Origin: Candidatus Marinacidobacterales bacterium
GTDB taxonomy: Bacteria; Acidobacteriota; Vicinamibacteria; Marinacidobacterales; DATDRI01
Reading direction: 5' to 3'
Length of the DNA: 64,000 nt
Assembly (NCBI GenBank): GCA_965226495.1
Contig: OZ245365.1
Coordinates: 3,488,001 to 3,552,000 of the forward strand
Shown here: one piece after another, positions 50,752-60,672 of the stretch
Layout of the letters: every line of letters starts with the position of its first letter
How positions within the stretch are numbered: position 1 is the first letter of the stretch
Notes under the pieces: model-generated
Seen by the model: the letters and a program-made list of their open reading frames with translations, nothing else
Told to the model about the DNA's origin: nothing
Database searches by the model: none
Program-made: the position numbers and the translations under genes

Positions 50752-50964
50752 GAAAAAAAACATTCGTCTAAAAGTGAGTTTTGGCTTTGAGATAAACATT
50801 ATGAAACATGTTTGCCGATTCGTCAAGGGTTTCATGGGGCAGCCCCCCCCGTGGGGGTACCCCCACTGATTCGGGGCCCCCTCCGGCTCCTGGACCGTTC
50901 CCGAATTGAGAGTCCGCGGGTCAAAGTAAACCCGCGGAAACCCACGGCCGGGCCCGCTTTTTCC

Positions 50965-50993
50965 TTGACACCACCGCTAAGGACAGTTAAATT
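50965..50993 (+). promoter_or_regulatory. Sigma-70 promoter of the rplM operon
   Basis: TTGACA, 17 nt, TAAATT. Confidence 0.7.
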
Positions 50994-51075
50994 GTCTGAT
51001 TGCCGTCCCGAGGCACTTAAAGTCGGGATGGTTTTCGTTTACCGCTGGAATCGAAAAAATCAGACTGTCTAGAAC

Positions 51076-51531
51076 TTGGAAAAATCAACAACGTTCCTCA
51101 AGAAAGCAGACATCGAGCGCCACTGGTATGTCGTGGACGCCGAGGGCCAAGTCCTCGGACGGCTGGCGAGTCGCATCGCCGGAGTCCTGACCGGCAAAGT
51201 GAAGCCTACCTACGCCCCGTTTCTCGATACCGGCGATCACGTCATCGTCATCAACGCCGAGAAGGTTCGACTCACCGGCGCCAAAGAGACCGGGAAGCAC
51301 TACTACCGCCATTCCGGATACCCGGGAGGAATTCGGGAGAAACGGGCGGAGGAGGTCCGCGCCAAACATCCGGAGAGGCTCATCGAGTCGGCGGTCCGCG
51401 GAATGCTTCCTAAGAATAAATTGGGCCGTGCCCAGTATAAAAAGCTGAAGGTCTACAGCGGTCCCAACCATCCGCACCAAGCGCAGCAGCCGCAGCAACT
51501 CGAAGCCGGAGTTGCTGCGCGAGCCAGCTAA
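51076..51531 (+). CDS. rplM: 50S ribosomal protein L13
   Basis: [40 protein letters not shown]. Confidence 0.98.
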   Translation: MEKSTTFLKKADIERHWYVVDAEGQVLGRLASRIAGVLTGKVKPTYAPFLDTGDHVIVINAEKVRLTGAKETGKHYYRHSGYPGGIREKRAEEVRAKHPERLIESAVRGMLPKNKLGRAQYKKLKVYSGPNHPHQAQQPQQLEAGVAARAS

Positions 51532-51566
51532 TCCACTAAAACGTAGACAGACAAAGCCAAATCACA

Positions 51567-51968
51567 TTGACAACTACCAATAAGCTTCAATACTACGGAA
51601 CCGGGAAGAGGAAAACATCCGTAGCCCGAGTTTTTCTGCGCCCAGGCAAAGGACAAATTCAGGTCAACGGACGTCCTCTCGAAGACTACTTCCCCAGCGA
51701 CACTCACAAGATGGTCGTCAAGCAGCCGCTTCAGCTCACGGAGTCGTCGGACAAGTTCGACGTTCACGCCAAGCTTCGCGGCGGAGGACTCACTGGCCAG
51801 GCCTGGGCGTTGCGGCTCGGCATGAGCCGCGCGTTGTGCGACTTCAACCAGGAGCTCCGAGGGAAGCTGAAGGCGGCAGGGTTTCTCACGCGGGACGCGC
51901 GTATCAAGGAGCGCAAAAAGTATGGCCAGCCGGGTGCCCGCAAGCGGTTTCAGTATTCCAAGCGTTAG
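51567..51968 (+). CDS. rpsI: 30S ribosomal protein S9
   Basis: [26 protein letters not shown]...QYSKR. Confidence 0.98.
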   Translation: MTTTNKLQYYGTGKRKTSVARVFLRPGKGQIQVNGRPLEDYFPSDTHKMVVKQPLQLTESSDKFDVHAKLRGGGLTGQAWALRLGMSRALCDFNQELRGKLKAAGFLTRDARIKERKKYGQPGARKRFQYSKR

Positions 51969-51979
51969 GGAGGATCTTT

Positions 51980-52810
51980 TTGGCGTCAACTTCGATAACG
52001 ATGAAAGAGCTTCTGGAGGCAGGGGTTCACTTCGGTCATCAGACGAAGAGGTGGAACCCGAAAATGAAGGAATTCATCTTCGGGGAACGAAACGGAATCT
52101 ATATCGTCGATCTTCAAAAGACACTCAAGCTCTTTAGAGAAGCCCTGAAGGTCGCCACGCAGCTCGGTGCCGAAGGCAAGACGGTCCTGTTTGTGGGCAC
52201 CAAACGCCAGGCTCAGGTCGTCGTCGCCGAAGAGGCCGCCCGCGCCGAAATGTATTACGTCAACCAGCGCTGGCTGGGCGGACTCCTCACGAATTTCTTC
52301 ACCGTCAAGAAGAGCATCGCACGGCTGCGAGAACTGAACGCGATGGCCACCGAGGGCCGATTCGACGAGCTGTCGAAGAAAGAGGTTTCCCGTCTAGAGA
52401 AGGAACGGAGACGGCTGGAGAAGAATCTGCGCGGAATCCAACATATGGACCGGCTGCCGGACGCGGTGTTCGTGATCGACTCGAACCGCGAGGCCATTGC
52501 AGTCCACGAAGCCCGTAAGCTCGGGATTCCCGTGATCGCCATCGTCGACACCAATTGCGACCCGGAGCAAGTCGACCACGTGATCCCGGGGAACGACGAT
52601 GCGCTCCGCGCTATCAAGCTTTTCACTTCGCGGTTGGCCGATGCCATCATCGATGGCCGCCAGATGCGGGAAAGCCTCCCGCCCCTCCCATCTAAGGAAG
52701 GAACCGGCGAAGACGTCGAGCCCGCCGAAAACAAAGGGACCGCCGAAGCGGGGGCGACCGCGGGAGCAGGATCGCAACAGCCCGCTCAAGTACTTCCTCC
52801 CCCCGCCTAG
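51980..52810 (+). CDS. rpsB: 30S ribosomal protein S2
   Basis: [33 protein letters not shown]; TTG start with SD GGAGG. Confidence 0.97.
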   Translation: MASTSITMKELLEAGVHFGHQTKRWNPKMKEFIFGERNGIYIVDLQKTLKLFREALKVATQLGAEGKTVLFVGTKRQAQVVVAEEAARAEMYYVNQRWLGGLLTNFFTVKKSIARLRELNAMATEGRFDELSKKEVSRLEKERRRLEKNLRGIQHMDRLPDAVFVIDSNREAIAVHEARKLGIPVIAIVDTNCDPEQVDHVIPGNDDALRAIKLFTSRLADAIIDGRQMRESLPPLPSKEGTGEDVEPAENKGTAEAGATAGAGSQQPAQVLPPPA

Positions 52811-52822
52811 ACAACAACCCCT

Positions 52823-53018
52823 GTTCGCCGACAGTTCATCATCCCTGAAAGGGGCACTTTCCCCGCAGGGGGCATCCGGTTTACGGAATTGCTCCGAACC
52901 GAAGTGGTCATGCACCAACTGGAGGCGGCCAGCCGGCGGTTTGGAGCGCTGCCCCAGCCTGCGACTACTTTCTGCTTCAGCCTGGGCACACTTCATGGGA
53001 TGATGAGCGCCGGCGAGC
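52823..53018 (+). ncRNA. Candidate structured RNA (about 196 nt) between rpsB and tsf
   Basis: Nested pairings GTTCGCCG/CGGCGAGC, GTTCATCATCCC/GGGATGATGAGC, CGCAGG/CCTGCG, GCTCCGAACCG/CGGTTTGGAGC; G-U pairs favour the plus strand. Confidence 0.35.
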
Positions 53019-53058
53019 GCTAGAATCACCCGTCATTGGGAGAAAGCAGGCCAGAGAA

Positions 53059-53667
53059 TTGAGCAACGTAACCGCTTCCGAAGTAAAAAACCTAAGGGAA
53101 AAGACCGGCGCCGGTCTCATGGAGTGCAAGAAGGCGTTGGTAGAGGCCGACGGTGATGTGGACCAAGCGGTCACCATCCTCCGTAAGCGAGGTCAGGCAG
53201 CCGCCGAAAAAAAGGCCGGCCGCACAACTTCAGAGGGGCTCATCGGCTCCTACGTTCACGGAGGCAAGATCGGGGTTCTCATCGAGGTTAATTGCGAGAC
53301 GGACTTCGTCGCCAAGACTCCCGAGTTCCAAGAGTTGGTCAAGGACTTGGCGATGCAAGTTGCCGCGGCTAGCCCGGCCCCCGCACGGTTCGTGAGTCGT
53401 GAAGAAGTTCCCGAAGAGGTCCTGGTTAAAGAACGTGAGATTTTGAAGAGCCAGGCAGAAGCCTCGGGCAAACCACCCAACGTAGTGGACAAAATCGTCG
53501 AGGGCAAACTGGGCAAGTTCTACTCGGAGGCGGTTTTTTTGGAGCAGCCGTTTATCAAGAACCCGGACGCGACGGTTAAACAACACATCTCGTCGATGAT
53601 CGCGATGCTCAAAGAAAACATCCAGGTGCGCCGCTTCGAACGGTTCGAGCGCGGCGAGCCTGTTTAA
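53059..53667 (+). CDS. tsf: Elongation factor Ts (short form)
   Basis: [26 protein letters not shown]. Confidence 0.97.
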   Translation: MSNVTASEVKNLREKTGAGLMECKKALVEADGDVDQAVTILRKRGQAAAEKKAGRTTSEGLIGSYVHGGKIGVLIEVNCETDFVAKTPEFQELVKDLAMQVAAASPAPARFVSREEVPEEVLVKEREILKSQAEASGKPPNVVDKIVEGKLGKFYSEAVFLEQPFIKNPDATVKQHISSMIAMLKENIQVRRFERFERGEPV

Positions 53668-53738
53668 AATGGACTGGGAAACGACTCGCCCGCGGGGCGG
53701 GAGCTCTTACCGAAGACGTCAATCGAGCAGACACGGAG

Positions 53739-54461
53739 ATGCCGACTAAAAAGCCGGTCTACAAACGCATTCTGGTCAAGCTCTCCGGCGAAGCCTTGAT
53801 GGGCGGGCAAACCTTCGGCATCGATCCGCAGATGTTCCAGATGATGGCGCGGGAGATCCAAGAAGTGCAGGCCTTGGGAGTGGAGATTTCGGCGGTGATC
53901 GGCGGTGGAAACATCTTCCGCGGAATGGCACCTTCCGCTCGCGGGATGGATCGGGTCTCCGCCGATCACATGGGGATGTTGGCGACCGTTATCAATGCCC
54001 TCGCCCTCCAAGACGCCCTCGAGAAACTGGGCACGCACACCCGTGTCCTGTCGGCCATCGAAATGCGTGCAGTCGCCGAGCCTTTCATTCGCCGGCGGGC
54101 CATTAGGCATCTAGAGAAGGGCCGCGTCGTGATCTTCGCGGCCGGCACGGGAAACCCTTACTTCTCCACCGACACCGCTGCCGCGCTGCGCGCCATGGAA
54201 ATAAAGGCGGACATCATCCTTAAGGGTACGAAGGTCTCCGGAATCTACTCGGCCGATCCCGAGAAAGACACAAACGCGACGCGGTTCGATACCATCACCT
54301 ACCTCGAGGTCATCGAGAAAGGCCTCAAAGTAATGGACACTACCGCCATATCTTTATGTATGGATAACCGACTCCCGCTGATCGTGTTCGATGTACGGGA
54401 GCCGGGCAACATGAAGCGGGTCGTCTGCGGCGACAAGCTCGGCACAATGGTCCGCAGCTGA
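53739..54461 (+). CDS. pyrH: UMP kinase
   Basis: [27 protein letters not shown]. Confidence 0.97.
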   Translation: MPTKKPVYKRILVKLSGEALMGGQTFGIDPQMFQMMAREIQEVQALGVEISAVIGGGNIFRGMAPSARGMDRVSADHMGMLATVINALALQDALEKLGTHTRVLSAIEMRAVAEPFIRRRAIRHLEKGRVVIFAAGTGNPYFSTDTAAALRAMEIKADIILKGTKVSGIYSADPEKDTNATRFDTITYLEVIEKGLKVMDTTAISLCMDNRLPLIVFDVREPGNMKRVVCGDKLGTMVRS

Positions 54462-54506
54462 GCACGAAAGAACGGCTCCGCAGGCTCTCCCAGGGAGGTC
54501 AGGGCC

Positions 54507-55064
54507 ATGTCAAAGACAATCATCGATGACGCAAAACGGCGCATGGACTCATCGCTCGAAGTGCTCAAGAAAGAACTGGTGGCGATTCGAACCGGCCGTG
54601 CCTCTCTTGCCATCTTGGATGGTGTCACGGTCGACTACTACGGAACCGAGACCCCTCTGAGTCAGGTGGCAAATCTTGCGGTTCCAGAAGGGAACCTGAT
54701 TACGGTGCAGCCGTGGGAGCCAGCGCTGCTGTCTGAGATCGAAAAAGCCATTTTGTCTTCCGAGCTCGATCTCAACCCGGCCAACGATGGCAAGCTCCTC
54801 CGGATTCCCATCCCTCCTCTCACAGAGGAACGGCGCAAGCTCCTGGTGAAGCACGTCAGCAAGGTAGCCGAAGAGAGCCGGACCGCCATCCGACAAGTGC
54901 GTCGGGATGCCAACGATCACTTGAAGGCGCGCCTCAAGGAAAAGGAGCTCTCGGAAGACGACGAGAAGCGTGCACTAAAGCAAGTACAGGACCTTACAGA
55001 CCAGCACATCAAGTTCGTCGATGAGCTCGCAAAGAAGAAGGAAGAAGAGCTCTTGACGATATAG
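54507..55064 (+). CDS. frr: Ribosome recycling factor
   Basis: IRTGRAS, PPLTEERRK, SEDD. Confidence 0.97.
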   Translation: MSKTIIDDAKRRMDSSLEVLKKELVAIRTGRASLAILDGVTVDYYGTETPLSQVANLAVPEGNLITVQPWEPALLSEIEKAILSSELDLNPANDGKLLRIPIPPLTEERRKLLVKHVSKVAEESRTAIRQVRRDANDHLKARLKEKELSEDDEKRALKQVQDLTDQHIKFVDELAKKKEEELLTI

Positions 55065-55113
55065 GAACGACGCGCCAAGAATCCTTTCCACAAAAAAACC
55101 GTTCGTTCTCGAC

Positions 55114-56301
55114 ATGCCCCAATCCCTATTCACACACTTGGAATGCGCTCGATGCCACCGAGAGCTCGATGGCGGGAAGCCGCACGGGCTGTGCTCCTGC
55201 GGCTCTCCCCTGCTGGCGCGCTACGACCTCGACCAGGGCCGCAACATTATCGGTGACCCTGCCGTTTTGCGAGACAGACGCCGCGACTTGTGGCGCTATG
55301 AGGAGATGTTACCCGTCCGCGAGCCGAGGTTTCGCGCCGCCCTCGGCGAGGGAGGAACGCCGCTCACCCTGGCTTCTCGCCTCGGCGAACGGCTGGGGAT
55401 GTCGCGACTTCTCATCAAGGACGAGTCGCTGAACCCGACCGGGAGTTTCAAGGCACGCGGGCTTTCGCTGGCGGTGTCGATGGCCAAACAGTTGGGCGTC
55501 AAAGAGCTCGCCATTCCAACGGCTGGAAACGCTGGAGGAGCACTTGCCGCCTACGCCGCCAGAGTGGGACTCCCCGCGCACATCGTGATGCCTCGTGACG
55601 TTCCACGGGCCAATGCGGTGGAATGTGAAGCCTATGGCGCCGACGTCCGTTACGTTGAGGGACTGATCACCGACGCTGGGCGATTGGTCGGTGAGCTCTC
55701 GGCGGAATATGGATGGTTCGACGTATCCACTCTCAAGGAGCCCTATCGAATCGAAGGTAAGAAGACTATGGGCTACGAGCTCTTCGAACAGCTCGAGGGA
55801 CGACTCCCGGACGTCATCTTCTACCCAACTGGCGGCGGCACTGGCATGGTGGGCATGTGGAAAGCGTTCGACGAGATGCAACACCTCGGTTGGATCGACG
55901 ATCGCCGACCGCGGATGGTTACCGTCCAATCCACTGGTTGCGCCCCCATCGTGCGTGCCTTCGAGGAAGGAACAGAGACTGCCGAGATGTGGGAGAACGC
56001 ACAAACGATCGCTGCCGGTCTCCGCGTACCGAAAGCGATCGGCGACTTCCTCATCCTCCGCGCCATTAGAGAAAGCGGCGGCACAGCCGTGGCGGTTTCC
56101 GACGAGGCCATCCGCAAAGCAGTATCGACCATTGCGGCGAGGGAGGGCATCTTCGCCGCCCCCGAAGGAGCGGCGTGTCTCGTGGCGATGGAAAGACTAC
56201 TAGAACAGGGCTGGCTTGACCGAGGGGAAACGGTCGTACTTTTTAACACTGGCTCGGGCTTGAAATATACCGAGGCCCTCTCCATCAACTCTGCCGCATG
56301 A
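55114..56301 (+). CDS. thrC: Threonine synthase
   Basis: LGEGGTPL, NPTGSFKARG PLP lysine, EGKKTMGYE, FNTGSGLKY. Confidence 0.85.
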   Translation: MPQSLFTHLECARCHRELDGGKPHGLCSCGSPLLARYDLDQGRNIIGDPAVLRDRRRDLWRYEEMLPVREPRFRAALGEGGTPLTLASRLGERLGMSRLLIKDESLNPTGSFKARGLSLAVSMAKQLGVKELAIPTAGNAGGALAAYAARVGLPAHIVMPRDVPRANAVECEAYGADVRYVEGLITDAGRLVGELSAEYGWFDVSTLKEPYRIEGKKTMGYELFEQLEGRLPDVIFYPTGGGTGMVGMWKAFDEMQHLGWIDDRRPRMVTVQSTGCAPIVRAFEEGTETAEMWENAQTIAAGLRVPKAIGDFLILRAIRESGGTAVAVSDEAIRKAVSTIAAREGIFAAPEGAACLVAMERLLEQGWLDRGETVVLFNTGSGLKYTEALSINSAA

Positions 56302-57494
56302 CCCGGAAGCTCTATCTCGACGACCCTTATCGGCTGTCTTTCGACGGCCACATTGTGCAACGAGAGGAAACGTCAGACGGTTTCGCAGTGGTCTTGGACG
56401 AAACATACTTCTATCCCGAGTCCGGAGGCCAACCATACGATCTCGGAACCATCGACGGCATTCCGCTCCGTCGAATCGTAGAACGCGGAGAAGAAGTGCT
56501 CCACGTTCTCGCTCGGATGCCGGAGAAAGACCGTGTCAGTTGTGTTGTCGACGGAGCGCGGCGACATGAGCACATGCAGCAGCACAGTGGCCAGCACATT
56601 CTTTCCGCCGCCTTCATCAAGGAAGCAAACGCCCAGACTCTCTCGTTTCATCTAGGGAGCTCAACGAGCACCATCGATTTGGACGCGACGTCACTCTCTC
56701 CGAAAGCTTTGTCCGCCGCCGAGCACGAAGCGAACCGCGCGGTGCGCGAGGCGGCTCCCATCCGAGGCTACTTCGTGAAACCCGAAGAAGCATCGCGACT
56801 CAAGCTCCGTAAGGCGCCCGAGGTGGAAGGGACCCTCCGCATCGTGGAGGTCGAGGGTTTCGATCTCCAGGCGTGTTGCGGCACCCACCCCAGAAATACC
56901 TCCGAAGTCGGACCCATCCTGATCCGCAGTGCGGAACGTTTCAAGAAAGGCACGCGTGTGGAGTTCGTTTGCGGCGACCGTGCGCTAAGAGACTACCGAG
57001 GCACGATGGAGAAAATCCGTGCGCTCTCCCAGCTCTTCGCTGCTCCCGAGGACAAGTTGGTAGAAGCGGCGGAGAAACTCTCCGAAGAGAAAAACACCTT
57101 ACGCAAGACTCTCCAAGCGCTCCGTGAAGAGTTGATCCAACACAAGGCGTTTCGTATGGCCGCGGACGCACCGGCAGCCGATGGTGCTACGATCTTCCTT
57201 CAGCGAGTCGGCGATGTCACCCCCGCGGAGTTGAGATTACTCGCCAACTGTCTCACCAATGAGCCCGGGCGGATTGCGTGCCTCGGCTGTGTGGCCGACG
57301 AACGGGCTCATTTGGTCTTCGGCCGTTCTAGCGAACTGACACTCGACATGGCCGCCTTGCTTCGCGAATGTCTCGACCCGGTAGCAGGTAAAGGAGGAGG
57401 CTCCCCTCAGATGGCCCAGGGCGGCGGACCTAACACCTCCGGCCTAGACGTAGCGCTCGCGATGGCCCGGCGGTTTTTAGAAGAGCGAGAGTAG
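56298..57494 (+). CDS. Alanyl-tRNA editing protein (AlaX-like) with DHHA1 domain
   Basis: FYPESGGQPYD, QQHSGQH, CCGTH, GKGGGSPQMAQGG. Confidence 0.88.
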   Translation: MTRKLYLDDPYRLSFDGHIVQREETSDGFAVVLDETYFYPESGGQPYDLGTIDGIPLRRIVERGEEVLHVLARMPEKDRVSCVVDGARRHEHMQQHSGQHILSAAFIKEANAQTLSFHLGSSTSTIDLDATSLSPKALSAAEHEANRAVREAAPIRGYFVKPEEASRLKLRKAPEVEGTLRIVEVEGFDLQACCGTHPRNTSEVGPILIRSAERFKKGTRVEFVCGDRALRDYRGTMEKIRALSQLFAAPEDKLVEAAEKLSEEKNTLRKTLQALREELIQHKAFRMAADAPAADGATIFLQRVGDVTPAELRLLANCLTNEPGRIACLGCVADERAHLVFGRSSELTLDMAALLRECLDPVAGKGGGSPQMAQGGGPNTSGLDVALAMARRFLEERE

Positions 57495-57589
57495 GACATC
57501 GCGTTAGGCGGTGGCCGGCCCCCTACCTTAGGCCATCGCGCTGAGCACCATTTCTGGTACATTAGCGCCGACGTCGAGGAAGAGGTCAT

Positions 57590-58612
57590 ATGCGGATCCT
57601 ACTAAGAGGTTGGGTTACGTCGATATTAGCGGCAATCTGCGTGGCGGGGTGCGTTCAAAGCGAACCAGAAGGTTCCAGCACCTCGCCTTCCGGGGAGGGG
57701 AAGTTCCTGAGCATAGGTACCGCCCCTCCCGGGGGAGCGTTCTTCGTTGTCGGCGGCGCAATCGGTGAGGTTCTCAACGAGCATCGCGGCCCGAACAACT
57801 GGGATGTGACCGCGGAGGCCACGAAAGGTTCACAAGAGAACATCCGTCGCCTTGCGACTGGCGAGCTTGAGCTCGGCTTGGCGAACTCCGCCATTACGTA
57901 TTTCGCCGTCCGCGGTGAAAGAGGCTGGGAAAAGACCTACGATATGCGCACGGTGATGACTTTGGCTTCGAACGTCGCGCTGTTTGTCACTCCTGTCGAC
58001 TCCGGAGTACGCGAGATTTCCGACTTCAAGGGAAAGCGGATCGTTGTCGGCGTAGCGGGGGCTGGCTTCGAATACTTCGTGGGACCTCTTCTAGCGGCTC
58101 ACGGTGTGACCTATGAGGACTTCAGTGCGCTCCACAACACACAAATCGGCGCAGTCGACATGCTTAGCGACGGCGCAGCAGCGGCCGCATTCCTCGGCGG
58201 CGCCGTGCCCACCGCCTCCATCACTCAAGCCTCAACGTCTCGGGACGTCCTCTTCATTCCTTACTCGGATGAAGCGAAAAAAGAGCTCGTCCGAACATAT
58301 CCATTCTTCCGTCCGGCCACGATTCCGGCCGGCACCTACCCCGGCCAGGACGAAGACTTCGACGGACTGGACGTTGGCTCCATGCACTTAATCACGAGCT
58401 CTGCCGCGGACGCAGAGTTGATCTACCAACTCACGCGCACGATTTATGAGAATCGAGACGGCGTTACCGAAAAGCACGCCGCCGGCCGGGCCATCACTCC
58501 CGGGAATGTGATTCGCGACACGGGAACGCCCTTTCACGCGGGAGCGATCAGGTACTACGAGGAGATCGGCATTTGGACCGCGGGCGTCGTTAAGAACTCC
58601 GGAAGCCCTTAA
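57590..58612 (+). CDS. TAXI family TRAP transporter solute receptor (lipoprotein)
   Basis: VAGC lipobox, IGTAPPGGAFF, TKGSQEN, PFHAGAIRYYEE. Confidence 0.9.
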   Translation: MRILLRGWVTSILAAICVAGCVQSEPEGSSTSPSGEGKFLSIGTAPPGGAFFVVGGAIGEVLNEHRGPNNWDVTAEATKGSQENIRRLATGELELGLANSAITYFAVRGERGWEKTYDMRTVMTLASNVALFVTPVDSGVREISDFKGKRIVVGVAGAGFEYFVGPLLAAHGVTYEDFSALHNTQIGAVDMLSDGAAAAAFLGGAVPTASITQASTSRDVLFIPYSDEAKKELVRTYPFFRPATIPAGTYPGQDEDFDGLDVGSMHLITSSAADAELIYQLTRTIYENRDGVTEKHAAGRAITPGNVIRDTGTPFHAGAIRYYEEIGIWTAGVVKNSGSP

Positions 58613-58625
58613 ACCACCCTCCTAA

Positions 58626-60581
58626 ATGTCGGCCCGGGCACGCGAAACGGTCATGCGTGTGCTCGCGTTCCTCCTCTGCGTTTTCACTCTGGCGGAAGTG
58701 AACTATCCCCGGCTTTCCCCGCAGTCGCAGTTGGCGATCTTCGCGATGCTGGGGATCGTCTGGGGTTTCCTGGCGTCGCCGATGGCCCCGCGGTGGAGCG
58801 GGACTCGGTTTTCCACCGCGGTCGACATCCTTGCCTCCTTAGCTACCACGGCCACCTGCCTCTACATCGTCGTGCAAACGGAGCCCTGGCTCCAGTCCTT
58901 CTGGTTGGACGAGCGCTCTCTGGGCGATCGCGCAGGAGCCGAGACCGCTACCGACGTCTTCATCGGGCTCGTCGGCGTCCTGCTCGTACTCGAGGCGACA
59001 CGGCGCTCCCTCGGTGTCGCACTGCCGATGCTGGCGTCGCTCTTTTTGGGGTACGCGTATTTCGGAGCTTATTTCCCGGACTGGCTCTTCCCACACCGCG
59101 GCTATTCCGCGGAGCGAATCGTCGCCCAGACGTTCCTTCATAGCCAGGGGGTCTTCGGCACCGCGCTCAAGGTGATGTTCACGTATGTTTTTCTCTTCGT
59201 TCTCTTCGGCGCCCTGCTCGAAGTGACCGGGGCGACACAGTTCATCATTGACTACGCGCAACGGATCTTTCGAGGCTCCCGGGGCGGCGCCGCCAAGGTC
59301 GCGGTCCTCGCCAGCGGACTGATGGGCTCGCTCTCTGGCAGTGCGGTCGCGAACGCGGCGACGACCGGAACCTTCACCATTCCCCTCATGCGAAGCTCAG
59401 GCTTCCGGCCCCACATCGCAGCGGGAGTGACCGCGGCGGCGAGCGCGGGCGGTGCGCTCGTTCCTCCGGTTATGGGTGCCGGTGCCTACATGATGCTCGA
59501 GATCATCGATCCTCCGGTCACCTATCTCCAGATCGTTCGCGCCGCGGTGATACCAGCGTTCCTGTTTTACTTGGCGCTCTTTCTTATCGTTCATTTCTAC
59601 GCACATCGCGTTGGCACGACCGAGCAAGTTGACACACCGCGTGGTCGCGGCAGTAACAACCGATTCGAGGGCTTCGTCTTCGTCAGCGCACTGGGGTCTT
59701 TGATCTTCTTCTTGCTCGCTGGCTACACCGTCTTTCGCGCCGTCACCCTTGCTCTCGGGGTGGTCTTCATCACCAGCTTCTTCCATCCTCGCACACGAAT
59801 CGGCCTTAAGCGCGCCGCCGACGCGATGGAAAGGGCCGCTCGTGGTGGCATTTCGCTCATCGCCGCTTCAGCGTGCGTCGGGATCATTCTCGGCGTCGTA
59901 ACGCTCACCGGCATTGGAACCAAGTTCCCGTCCTTGATCTTGCAGATGGCCGGCGATAGCCTCCCCCTCGCGTTGGTTTTGATTATGGTCGGCTCCATCG
60001 TCCTGGGCATGGGCCTGCCATCAGCCGTCTGTTATCTGCTCATGGCGACCCTCATTGGGTCGGTTCTCAACCAGTTGGAAGTTGTGCCACTCGCGGCGCA
60101 CCTTTTCATCTTCTATTTCGGAATGATGTCGATGGTGACGCCGCCGGTCGCGCTGGCGGCCTATACCACCGCTTCCATTGCCGGCGCCGGGATCATGCCG
60201 TCCGCTTTCGCTGCCTTCCGGTTCGCCCTCGTGGGCTTCACGCTTCCCTTCATGTTCGTGTTTCGGCCGGAGCTTTTGTTCATGACACCGAGCGGCGACA
60301 CCCCGGGATTAACAAGTGTGGGGATCGCGGTGACGATGGCCATTCTGGGAATCATACCTCTCGCTGCGGGCATCGCCGGCTACCTCTGGACACCCCTTTC
60401 CATTGCCACGCGAGGCGGCTTGCTACTGGCATCGGGGTTCCTCCTCTACCCCGGTCAGGACAATTTGTTGGGATTGGGCCTATCGGTGCTCAATGTTGTG
60501 GGCGCGACTCTACTGGGTATACTCGTTTTCACTCAGTGGGCTCGACGGCCGCAGCGCGGTCGGGCCGACGAGAATGGCTAG
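58626..60581 (+). CDS. TRAP transporter fused 4TM/12TM permease
   Basis: LEATRR, GGAAKVAV, SGSAVAN, PPVMGAGA, LGMGLP, TPPVALAA. Confidence 0.92.
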   Translation: MSARARETVMRVLAFLLCVFTLAEVNYPRLSPQSQLAIFAMLGIVWGFLASPMAPRWSGTRFSTAVDILASLATTATCLYIVVQTEPWLQSFWLDERSLGDRAGAETATDVFIGLVGVLLVLEATRRSLGVALPMLASLFLGYAYFGAYFPDWLFPHRGYSAERIVAQTFLHSQGVFGTALKVMFTYVFLFVLFGALLEVTGATQFIIDYAQRIFRGSRGGAAKVAVLASGLMGSLSGSAVANAATTGTFTIPLMRSSGFRPHIAAGVTAAASAGGALVPPVMGAGAYMMLEIIDPPVTYLQIVRAAVIPAFLFYLALFLIVHFYAHRVGTTEQVDTPRGRGSNNRFEGFVFVSALGSLIFFLLAGYTVFRAVTLALGVVFITSFFHPRTRIGLKRAADAMERAARGGISLIAASACVGIILGVVTLTGIGTKFPSLILQMAGDSLPLALVLIMVGSIVLGMGLPSAVCYLLMATLIGSVLNQLEVVPLAAHLFIFYFGMMSMVTPPVALAAYTTASIAGAGIMPSAFAAFRFALVGFTLPFMFVFRPELLFMTPSGDTPGLTSVGIAVTMAILGIIPLAAGIAGYLWTPLSIATRGGLLLASGFLLYPGQDNLLGLGLSVLNVVGATLLGILVFTQWARRPQRGRADENG

Positions 60582-60672
60582 AATAGGGCCACTGCCGTCT
60601 GACGATGTCGGGTAATGGCACCGCCCTGTTTTGGGGGCCTAACAACAAACTCATCAGGAGCCCGTAAAGGTA

